A stretch of 64,000 bases of DNA from Chiloscyllium plagiosum (lineage: Eukaryota). This document shows positions 12,840 to 23,900 of the stretch, one piece after another (position 1 is the first letter of the stretch; each line of letters starts with the position of its first letter). The stretch lies in assembly GCF_004010195.1 (NCBI RefSeq), contig NC_057718.1, forward strand, positions 71,085,790 to 71,149,789, given 5' to 3'. A program made the translations under genes and the position numbers. Under the pieces are notes generated by a model, which saw nothing but the letters and a program-made list of their open reading frames with translations, did no database searches and was not told the DNA's origin.

Positions 12840-15800
12840 AGGGATAGTGAGGCATTTGCAATGCTGTTAAAGGAGGTGTCAGAAGAATTAGTAAAAAAGA
12901 CTATTTTGAATGCCTACAATTGGTACTAGAAGCATATAGACAATAGTTCAGAAGTGTAAGTAAGGAACCAGGTCAGACTTAAATTGAGTTGGAAAGAATT
13001 AAACAGAGCAACTTCAATAGATGGAAGAGAGTACTAAAGATAAAGAACTCATGAGGCTCTTAGAGATATTGTTCTGGAAGAGTTTAAAAATTCACTTCCA
13101 TAAGTGATAAGAACTCATGTGGAGGAACAGAAAGTTCTAACAGCGAGAAGAGCCGCAGAGATGGCAGATGTATATGCATTAATGCATAAATCAACATCTA
13201 GCTTCCAACAGCAATTTCATTGCATGAGGGATAGAAATTGGGAAAGAGGGAGATTCTTCAATGAGAAATAAAAATTAGATCACATTAGGAACAGCTTTTC
13301 ACAGGTGAGAAACGAATCCCCAGAGGGTGGAAAATAGGTGAAAGACATCAAATGTTTTCACTGCAATAGAGTGGGACACATGAGGTCACAGTGCTGATAG
13401 TTTAAGAAAGGCACTGGGAAAAAGGATTTGCTAAAAGAGGCTAAACCAATGACATTACTGGTAACTAGTAGGAAATCCTAAGAGAAGTCAAGGAGCTGCA
13501 GGAGAGTGCACAGCCTGGATAATAAGAGAGTGCCAAATCTTTACAAAGAATTCACATGTGGGGGTAAGGTTTACTCAGGAAGAATGGGAGAGAAGGTTAA
13601 GATGTCAAAAGATTGAGAGATAAGGGAGCTATTCAGTCTCTAATACAGAGATGAAAGTATTTGCACACCTGGGACAATCTACAGGATAAATGGAGAGAGG
13701 TTTAGCATTTCTTCGTATAAGATAAGGTTACAAAGTCCAATCAAGACTGGGGAAGTGACAGTGGGAGCGATTGAAAGAGTGTCTATTCCAGGAATAGTTT
13801 GTTCTTGGAAACAACCCAGCAGGATCAAAGTTGGGAGTGATGCCGCTTGTGGTGGAGAAACTGAAAGAAAGCCAGGGAACTAATAAGTTAAGAGAAAAAT
13901 ATCCTGGAACATTTCCAAACTGTGTGGTAACAAAATTCCACAGTTATAAGTTAAAGCAAGAAGGAAAAAAATCAAAGAGAAAGACAAAGGATTTGAGGTC
14001 CAGTTAGCTGACACCCTGTTTGAGGAAATGGTAAAGGGAAAACCAAAGCAGGTAGAGGATCAGACAGAAGGGTTTAGTTCGAAAAATTAATGGAGTTACA
14101 GCAAAAAGATGAGACAATAAAAGACTTGTATCATAAAGCCGACACAGCAAAGGAATCAGAGCGTATTCCCCAGTATTATTATCTCAAGGATAGAATCCGA
14201 AATCAAAAATGGAGACCTCGGCAGGTTAGTACAGAGGAAAAATAGGTGGAAGTGCGCCAGATTGTGTAGCATACAAACAGGAAGTATTATGGGAGTACAT
14301 GAATTACCTGTAGGAGGTCAACTAGGAGTGAGGAAAGCTCAGACGAAGATACAAAAGCATTTCTATTGGCCTGAATTACACAAGGTTATGATTGAATTTT
14401 ATCATACCTGTCATAAAGGTCAAATGGTAGGAAAGCCATAGGCAGTAATAAAACTGCCTTTGGATAGGGAACAGGAGAAACAGCTACTAGTTACTGCACC
14501 TCAGAGTGAGGAATCAAATCCAGAAGATTTGGATTTTGATATGCCTCAGAGTAAACTGACTAATAGGTATGGAGAGGATAGTAAGCTGTTTGTTTCAGAA
14601 TCAGAGAACTGATTTGAAAGGCTTGTTGCAGTGATGAGGACATGTGTAGTAATAGAATGGGGAGGACTAATATAATACATTGATGTAGGGAATGCTGTTC
14701 TGAAAAGACAACACCCCTACATGCTTAATCGTCCCAAAACAGCACAGGTACAAAAGAAAGTGGAAGCGATGTTCCAAGAAGACATCATCGAACTGGGTCA
14801 AAGCAAGTGCAGCTTGCCAACTGTGTTGGTTCCAAAGCCTGACGGTACTCAATGGTTCTCCGTGGATTTTCGGAAGGTCAATGCCGTAACTCCATCGGCC
14901 TCATACCCAACTGCACGCTGGAAGACTATATAGAAAATGTTGAACAAGCCACTTCCATCACCAAATTGGACTTACTGCGTGGTTACTGGCAAGTTTCCTT
15001 GTTGAAGACAGTGAAAGAATTTTCTGCGTTTGTAACCCCAAATGGGCTATATCAATTTAAAGTAATGCCCTTTGGAATGAAGAACATACCAGCCACATTT
15101 CAAACACTTTTGTAGAGAATTGTGGCAGGATTAACCAATTGTGCCATTTACACAGATAACTTAGGGACTGGGAACAGACATTCGAAGAAAGATCACATGG
15201 TGTATCTGGCAGAAGCCTTTGAAAAACTGTAGGAGGCAAAACTGGTTATAAATTTAGCAAAAACTGAATTCGTAAAGGCAGAAGTGACGTCCTTGGGACA
15301 CAACATCGTTCATGGGAGGATGACCCCGAGGAACACAAAGATGAAGGCCATCGATAAATTTCCAAGACCATCCTCGAACAAACAGGTGCTTCAATTTTTG
15401 GGACTGAGCAGATTCTACTGGAGGTTGGTACCACTGATAGATTTACTAAAAAAGAACATGGACTTTCAGTGGAGAGAACAATGCCAGGAAGCATTTGAGA
15501 ATTTAAAAGCTGTGTTAAACACCACACCAGTTTTAGCAACACTAAATTTCTTAAAATCCTTTAAAGTCGCAATTGATGCCAGTGATGTAGGGGTTAATTA
15601 ATAGTTATGTTAATGCAGGACGATGATGGTGGAATTGAAAGGCCAATTGGTTATTTCTCAAAGAAACTCAATATCCACCAGAGAAAATACTCCACCATTG
15701 AAAAAGCGTTATTGAGTTTGGCACTGGCCTTACAACATTTTAATATTTAGGTTATGAAAAATATATCAGAGATGTAGTTTCCGTGGACCACAAACCTCTC

Positions 15801-16116
15801 AGCTTTTTGGAAAGATTTAAGGCAAAAATATGAGACTATTTCATTTGAGTCTTACATTAGAGGCTTTTAATTTACAGATTGTACATGTTGCGGGTCATAA
15901 AAATTGTTATTGCAGATGTATTATTGTGGGTTTAAAAGAAAATGTGTAGATAAGATAGAACTGGAATGGTCAAATGTTATATATGTATGCAGAATTAGTA
16001 TGAAATATGTAATTTTAGATTACTGTCCTATACATCCCATGATAATGGTGCTTTAAAAGGAAAAAATAAAGCCATTGTTTTCATTATGATAGTTCATTTT
16101 TTCTTAAGGGGACAGG

Positions 16117-17023
16117 CTTTGTGAAGTTGGTGTGTAAAATTGTAAAATGGGAGAAGTGTATGTTGTCCCTTTAAAAGAAGATTTTTTTTATGCTAAGAGA
16201 TTTAAAAAATAAATGTCTGTGGGCAACAGATGCATGTGCTCAAATTGAAATATTTGTATAAAAAAGCCCTTTAATTAGCAGGCCCAAGCAACATTTTTAC
16301 TAATGAAAGTTTTAAATTAAGCCAATTGATTTAAAAATGCACCTGCAGACTAAGGAACAATTCAATTTAAATCTAATGGTGTTGACAACCTCAGACCAAT
16401 CCACTTGTAAACAACATTGATAGGTCATCAAGGCTATAAAAAAAAAGGGCATTTAAAAATCAGGGAGAGCAAACTGCCATCTGCTAAGGGTCAAGAGCCC
16501 TCAGCTCTCGAAAGAAATTAGCGCTCATAGTTATCTATGTAATAGACAAAGCACATTCTAATTAATCTAAATAAAGGCATTTCAGACAGAGGAAAGTGAC
16601 TGAGAAGGCGTTTTGGACAGAGGAAAACAGAGAAGAGACAAAGTTTTGGAAGATGTGTAACCTTAGCTGCAATTTCAAGAGACAACTCTATTGTGTTTAT
16701 AAGTGAACCTTGTATTTTATTGGAACTGCAGACTATTAGAATTGTGTTTATAAGGGAATAGTTAGTAGCTAGAGGGGAATTGTTTGATTGTCAGTCGTTC
16801 TGTTAGTTTGATCATTGTTGGAGTTAGATTAATAAATTGTTACTTTTTGATTATAGAGTGGGTGAAAGGATTTCACTTCATTAACCACACCTTTATAACA
16901 GATTGGGGGCGAGAGATAGGTTACATGCCTTATCACACATGTTATTTTTAAAAAGGTTATGAGGCAAGGTGAGGTGAGCCTTGGTGTTAGTTATCAGAAG
17001 GCATCGACCTCCCCTTCACAAGA
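16117..17023 (+). repeat. 3' LTR of Gmr1-like element, preceded by a polypurine tract (16106-16116)
   Basis: Homologous to 6944-7841; upstream aaggggacagg. Confidence 0.9.
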
Positions 17024-17199
17024 CCCCTGAAACCCTTCCTATTTGTGTACCCATCCAAATGCCTTTTAAATATTGTAATTGTACCAGCCTCCACCACTTC
17101 CTCTGGCAGCTTATTCCATACACACACCACCCTGTAAGTTGCCCCTTAGGTTCCTTTCAAAAACCAAACAAGTTAATCTAGCTTTTGGTCCTCCAGTCA

Positions 17200-18260
17200 T
17201 CACAAAATTTTCTAGTTATTGATTTACTCATCCAGAACATTGTCACCAACTTTGATGTCATGGTTTCTGATAAAACCACTACTCTCTCTCATTCTAGCAG
17301 TTCACCCAGTCATCTCCACTTCCACCATTGACATAATTCAAAAACAGTGTTGCCATGTCAATGCTGACATCACCAAGCCCTATATCACCACCTCCATCCT
17401 TTTTGACTCCTCCACTGTTGGTATATTATCACAACGATTACGAGATATCCAATACTGGACAACCAAAAGTTTCTTTCAATTAAATATTAGGATGAGTGAA
17501 TTCAGTTTTTAGTTCCCACTCTAAATTACGTTCCTTAACTACGAACATCAACCCTCTCTCTGGCAACAGCCTGAAATGATGTTGGCATCATATTCCATAC
17601 AGCCTCATACTCATACCATTAGCAAGATTGTCTATTTCCACCTTTGTAGCATTGTCTGATTTTGCTTTTTTGCTGTTGAAATCCTCATTCATGTTTTCAT
17701 TACCTCAAGACTTGACAAGTGTCTAAAACATCATTACTGAAGAAATGGAAGATGAATGGGCCTTGGAAACTATCATGCAGTGATGTCCTGCAATTGAGAT
17801 GACCGATGTCCAGCAACTGCAACCATCCTCCTTGGTGCTAGGTATAACTCCAATCAGCAGAGAGGGTCCCCATCTACCGATTCCCATCAACTTTAGTTTT
17901 ATTAGGGTTTCCTGGTACCAGTTCTGAAGAAGGGTCACTGGATCTGAAATATTAATTCTGCTTTCTGTCCATAGATGCTACCAGACCTGCTGAGTTTTTC
18001 CAGCAACTTCTGTTTTTGACCATGGTACCTCATTTGCTCAAATGCAATCACAACATCAAGAACAGTTATGCTTACCTAATCTCTAAAACACAGCTCTTTT
18101 GTCCACTTTTGAACCAAAGCTATAATAAGATCAGAAGCTGAATAGCCCTAGCAGAATCCAGTTGAGGGTCAGTGAGCAGGTTACTGCCAATCAAACATGA
18201 ATTGATAGCATTGTTGGATCTGATGGATTAGTAATTGGCTAGATTGAACTTGTCCATTAA
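17200..18260. mobile_element. Old LINE RT remnants (L2-like on plus, second LINE on minus) with a short PLE hammerhead-end insertion at 17920-18020
   Basis: Degenerate YADDTQLY/SRLD-like coding. The motif ctgaagaagggtcactggatctgaaa is flanked by c(c/a)tggtacc repeats. Confidence 0.5.
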
Positions 18261-18470
18261 AATGTTGTTATATAAATAAGTTGTTGTTTAGAATAATTGA
18301 GGCCCATCTCAATTATTCTAAACACAGCAGAGAAGGGTAGTGGAGAATAAATGTATTGGGACAACTGGAGTCACAGGGAGATGGCAGGATAGCAGAGAGG
18401 GGAAGGAAACCACACTGGGAAAGGCGATATTATTGTTAACAAACAATAATATTTAATGCAATATTTTTAC

Positions 18471-18601
18471 CTGCACACGAAATCCATGGTAAACACAGAG
18501 CCAAAACAGTAGCAATGCACACAGAAAGATTGCCTGGAATAAGTCATCAAGCATTCCTGGAAACCAGCTGTTTACAAGAAATGAAAGAGGGAAGAATGGA
18601 T
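18471..18601 (-). CDS. TMEM181: TMEM181 internal coding exon (131 bp)
   Basis: Acceptor tttctttcttag, donor CAG|gtaaaa. Encodes DPFFPLSFLVNSWFPGMLDDLFQAIFLCALLLFWLCVYHGFRVQ. Confidence 0.97.
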
Positions 18602-18886
18602 CTAAGAAAGAAATGAAAATAGTTAAAATTGATCAGATAGAATCAATGCATATATACTTTTACATGCTTCTCATGTAAATTAGTTGCCTCGTTTATAAAT
18701 TTTAGATTTGGTGATTCTTCAGACTTCAAACATACCAAACAATTCAATGAGCATTATTCAGAAGTCTCACTCTCACTTCAAACAAAATAAATTTACCTAG
18801 AGCTACACACATACAACACAATTCAAACAAAAGAAACACGTTGCAACTTCAGAATGACATTAGATTGCACTTGTTTGAAGGTTTTT

Positions 18887-18993
18887 AGATTGCTTACAGT
18901 GTGGAAACAGGCCCTTCAGCCCAACAAGTCCACACCGACCCTCCGAAGAACAACCCTACATTTACCCCTTCACCTAACACTACGGGCAATTTA
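18887..18993 (-). mobile_element. HE1-type SINE 3' fragment
   Basis: cttacagtgtggaaacaggcccttcagcccaacaagtccac is identical to the 53252-53568 copy. Confidence 0.8.
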
Positions 18994-19718
18994 TTAAAGA
19001 TCCTATTTTTTCCAAGAAATTAAGCATTGCCGATAATTCCTCATCTCCTGATGAGTCTGACTGCAAACTATAGGTAGAAATTCTTGATTTCTTGAACTCT
19101 ACAGGCACAAGCTTCTGATCTCACACTCAATGTATTGCTTTTCTATTGTATGTGCAGGCATGAGTGCTTTAATCATGATCAAAATGGCATAATGGCTTTT
19201 ACGCATTTTTGAGGTAAATCATTGATTAAATAATTTGATAAATGCCAGTCTAACCAAAAGAAAGAATGATTTCCCAGTGAACTTTGACAGAAGGGAGAAG
19301 TAAATTAATACCTTCTAATTCTGAAACAACCTGTCACTGTTGCATGTCTTGATCAGGTTGAGTTGAACAAGGACTTTGCTAACAGTGCTCAAGACAAAAA
19401 AATGGAAAGTACGGCTTACCTTCAAAGAATTAAAGAAAACAAATTGCCAAAAACAGAAAGGTCAAAATCAGTTAAATGAAAAAATATTGTGTGAGCTCAG
19501 AATAACTTTGTAAAAGCCTCAGAACATCATAAGAATTGATCTGAACTTTAATAAAAGGCAAATCAAGGAAAGGAAACTATAAATCATAGCACCGTTGATT
19601 CATAAGAAATTTGGCAAAATCAGTGAATATAGCTTAGTTAACCGAAGTTGAAAAGATGTGAAGTTAGAGAAACAACATTAGTCCCATGCCAAGAAGTATA
19701 ACTATTGTTTGTGCATAC

Positions 19719-19818
19719 CATTATAAAGCAGTAACAAAGGCAATAGAATGGACATCCATTTCTGTTCAATTGACCAATCTTTCATTGAAAACTTCCTCAA
19801 AGAGTGAGTAAATAAGCA
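19719..19818 (-). CDS. TMEM181: TMEM181 internal coding exon (100 bp)
   Basis: Acceptor ttgtttccatag, donor gtatgc. Encodes CLFTHSLRKFSMKDWSIEQKWMSILLPLLLLYN+G. Confidence 0.97.
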
Positions 19819-20023
19819 CTATGGAAACAAAACAAGATTTTTCAAGCATAGAACATTTCAATCGATGTCATCACAAATTTAGAAAGTAAACTTTCACAGA
19901 AAACTAAGCTTTTCAAAATTTTAACCTGACACCAATTTATACTTTTGTCCATCTCATTCAGCAACAAATCTCCAGTGGTCTTGTTCACAATTAGCAACAG
20001 TATGCATGGATAGGAACATGCAA

Positions 20024-20320
20024 GGTAGCGTGGTGGCTCAGTGTTTAGCACTGCTACCTTTCCATATATTGGATGACTGTTGGTGTCTGTATAGGCATTC
20101 ACTGGGTGCTCTGCTTACCTCCCACAGACCAAAGGTATGTAGCTTATGTGGATTGGTCATGCTAAATTGCCCTATGGTGTTCAGGGATGTGTAGGTTAGG
20201 TGGATTAGCCATACTAAATACAAGGTTACAAAGTTAGGGTAGGGCCCCAATCCAGGTGGGATGCTTTTTGGAGAGTTAGTGCAGACTTGATGGGCCTTTC
20301 CACACTGTAGGAATTCGATG
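20024..20320 (+). mobile_element. HE1-type SINE
   Basis: tRNA-like head gtggtggctcagtg..tagcactgct and core ggattgg.catgctaaattgccc. Confidence 0.8.
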
Positions 20321-20344
20321 ACAATGGTAAACTCAGGCAACGAC

Positions 20345-20847
20345 TAGGAACAGTACAGCACAGAAATACCTTCGGCCTCCAAGTCTGTGGTGACACATGA
20401 CACCTTTCTAAACGTATAAACCTTTTGCCTCTATGGGGCTCACATCCCTCTATTCTCTCCCCATTAATTTGTCTGACAAGATGCCCTTTTAACATTGCTA
20501 TTGTATCTGCTTCTACCATCTCCTCTGGTTATGCTCTTGCGCAGAGTAAGTGCTGGGAATGCAACTCATCTCTCAAATCTCCTTTAAACTTACCCCCTTT
20601 TATCTTAACCTATGTCCCCTAGAAATTCACATTTGTACCTTGGGAAAAAGACTGCCTTTCCATTCTATCCTTGCCTCGCATAATCTTGTAAACTTCTAGG
20701 ATGAAGTTGCCCCTCATCCTCTGACATTCAAGTAAAAACAAAGCAAGTTTGTCAAACCTCCCCTCACAGCCAATACCATCCAACTCAGGCAATATCCTGG
20801 TCAATTTTGTCTGTACCCTCCCCAAAGCCTTTAAATTCTTCTGGTAG
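20345..20847 (-). mobile_element. CR1 LINE 3' fragment abutting the tandem array
   Basis: RVQTKLTRILPEL..EVYKIMRG plus CR1 3' UTR. Confidence 0.85.
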
Positions 20848-20902
20848 CGGGGGAAGAGGACGGGGAGGAGGACGGAGAGGCGGGGAGGAGGACGGAGAGG
20901 CG

Positions 20903-23900
20903 GGGGCGGGCGTGCGACGAAGAGGAGGGGCGGGCGTGCGACGAAGAGGAGGGGCGGGCGTGCGACGAAGAGGAGGGGCGGGCGTGCGACGAAGAGGAGG
21001 GGCGGGCGTGCGACGAAGAGGAGGGGCGGGCGTGCGACGAAGAGGAGGGGCGGGCGTGCGACGAAGAGGAGGGGCGGGCGTGCGACGAAGAGGAGGGGCG
21101 GGCGTGCGACGAAGAGGAGGGGCGGGCGTGCGACGAAGAGGAGGGGCGGGCGTGCGACGAAGAGGAGGGGCGGGCGTGCGACGAAGAGGAGGGGCGGGCG
21201 TGCGACGAAGAGGAGGGGCGGGCGTGCGACGAAGAGGAGGGGCGGGCGTGCGACGAAGAGGAGGGGCGGGCGTGCGACGAAGAGGAGGGGCGGGCGTGCG
21301 ACGAAGAGGAGGGGCGGGCGTGCGACGAAGAGGAGGGGCGGGCGTGCGACGAAGAGGAGGGGCGGGCGTGCGACGAAGAGGAGGGGCGGGCGTGCGACGA
21401 AGAGGAGGGGCGGGCGTGCGACGAAGAGGAGGGGCGGGCGTGCGACGAAGAGGAGGGGCGGGCGTGCGACGAAGAGGAGGGGCGGGCGTGCGACGAAGAG
21501 GAGGGGCGGGCGTGCGACGAAGAGGAGGGGCGGGCGTGCGACGAAGAGGAGGGGCGGGCGTGCGACGAAGAGGAGGGGCGGGCGTGCGACGAAGAGGAGG
21601 GGCGGGCGTGCGACGAAGAGGAGGGGCGGGCGTGCGACGAAGAGGAGGGGCGGGCGTGCGACGAAGAGGAGGGGCGGGCGTGCGACGAAGAGGAGGGGCG
21701 GGCGTGCGACGAAGAGGAGGGGCGGGCGTGCGACGAAGAGGAGGGGCGGGCGTGCGACGAAGAGGAGGGGCGGGCGTGCGACGAAGAGGAGGGGCGGGCG
21801 TGCGACGAAGAGGAGGGGCGGGCGTGCGACGAAGAGGAGGGGCGGGCGTGCGACGAAGAGGAGGGGCGGGCGTGCGACGAAGAGGAGGGGCGGGCGTGCG
21901 ACGAAGAGGAGGGGCGGGCGTGCGACGAAGAGGAGGGGCGGGCGTGCGACGAAGAGGAGGGGCGGGCGTGCGACGAAGAGGAGGGGCGGGCGTGCGACGA
22001 AGAGGAGGGGCGGGCGTGCGACGAAGAGGAGGGGCGGGCGTGCGACGAAGAGGAGGGGCGGGCGTGCGACGAAGAGGAGGGGCGGGCGTGCGACGAAGAG
22101 GAGGGGCGGGCGTGCGACGAAGAGGAGGGGCGGGCGTGCGACGAAGAGGAGGGGCGGGCGTGCGACGAAGAGGAGGGGCGGGCGTGCGACGAAGAGGAGG
22201 GGCGGGCGTGCGACGAAGAGGAGGGGCGGGCGTGCGACGAAGAGGAGGGGCGGGCGTGCGACGAAGAGGAGGGGCGGGCGTGCGACGAAGAGGAGGGGCG
22301 GGCGTGCGACGAAGAGGAGGGGCGGGCGTGCGACGAAGAGGAGGGGCGGGCGTGCGACGAAGAGGAGGGGCGGGCGTGCGACGAAGAGGAGGGGCGGGCG
22401 TGCGACGAAGAGGAGGGGCGGGCGTGCGACGAAGAGGAGGGGCGGGCGTGCGACGAAGAGGAGGGGCGGGCGTGCGACGAAGAGGAGGGGCGGGCGTGCG
22501 ACGAAGAGGAGGGGCGGGCGTGCGACGAAGAGGAGGGGCGGGCGTGCGACGAAGAGGAGGGGCGGGCGTGCGACGAAGAGGAGGGGCGGGCGTGCGACGA
22601 AGAGGAGGGGCGGGCGTGCGACGAAGAGGAGGGGCGGGCGTGCGACGAAGAGGAGGGGCGGGCGTGCGACGAAGAGGAGGGGCGGGCGTGCGACGAAGAG
22701 GAGGGGCGGGCGTGCGACGAAGAGGAGGGGCGGGCGTGCGACGAAGAGGAGGGGCGGGCGTGCGACGAAGAGGAGGGGCGGGCGTGCGACGAAGAGGAGG
22801 GGCGGGCGTGCGACGAAGAGGAGGGGCGGGCGTGCGACGAAGAGGAGGGGCGGGCGTGCGACGAAGAGGAGGGGCGGGCGTGCGACGAAGAGGAGGGGCG
22901 GGCGTGCGACGAAGAGGAGGGGCGGGCGTGCGACGAAGAGGAGGGGCGGGCGTGCGACGAAGAGGAGGGGCGGGCGTGCGACGAAGAGGAGGGGCGGGCG
23001 TGCGACGAAGAGGAGGGGCGGGCGTGCGACGAAGAGGAGGGGCGGGCGTGCGACGAAGAGGAGGGGCGGGCGTGCGACGAAGAGGAGGGGCGGGCGTGCG
23101 ACGAAGAGGAGGGGCGGGCGTGCGACGAAGAGGAGGGGCGGGCGTGCGACGAAGAGGAGGGGCGGGCGTGCGACGAAGAGGAGGGGCGGGCGTGCGACGA
23201 AGAGGAGGGGCGGGCGTGCGACGAAGAGGAGGGGCGGGCGTGCGACGAAGAGGAGGGGCGGGCGTGCGACGAAGAGGAGGGGCGGGCGTGCGACGAAGAG
23301 GAGGGGCGGGCGTGCGACGAAGAGGAGGGGCGGGCGTGCGACGAAGAGGAGGGGCGGGCGTGCGACGAAGAGGAGGGGCGGGCGTGCGACGAAGAGGAGG
23401 GGCGGGCGTGCGACGAAGAGGAGGGGCGGGCGTGCGACGAAGAGGAGGGGCGGGCGTGCGACGAAGAGGAGGGGCGGGCGTGCGACGAAGAGGAGGGGCG
23501 GGCGTGCGACGAAGAGGAGGGGCGGGCGTGCGACGAAGAGGAGGGGCGGGCGTGCGACGAAGAGGAGGGGCGGGCGTGCGACGAAGAGGAGGGGCGGGCG
23601 TGCGACGAAGAGGAGGGGCGGGCGTGCGACGAAGAGGAGGGGCGGGCGTGCGACGAAGAGGAGGGGCGGGCGTGCGACGAAGAGGAGGGGCGGGCGTGCG
23701 ACGAAGAGGAGGGGCGGGCGTGCGACGAAGAGGAGGGGCGGGCGTGCGACGAAGAGGAGGGGCGGGCGTGCGACGAAGAGGAGGGGCGGGCGTGCGACGA
23801 AGAGGAGGGGCGGGCGTGCGACGAAGAGGAGGGGCGGGCGTGCGACGAAGAGGAGGGGCGGGCGTGCGACGAAGAGGAGGGGCGGGCGTGCGACGAAGAG

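Larger units (their letters stand above)
6944..17023 (+). mobile_element. Full-length decayed Gmr1-like Ty3/Gypsy LTR retrotransposon with nested insertions
   Basis: Two homologous LTRs, PBS and PPT. Domains in order: gag with CFHCNRVGHMRSQC (13353-13394), protease LRDKGA (~13613-13630), integrase Zn region (14298-14441), RT (~14700-15300), RNase H (~15500-15930). Flanks cccg/cccc are a probable 4-bp TSD within a split CR1 tail. Many stops and frameshifts. Confidence 0.92.
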
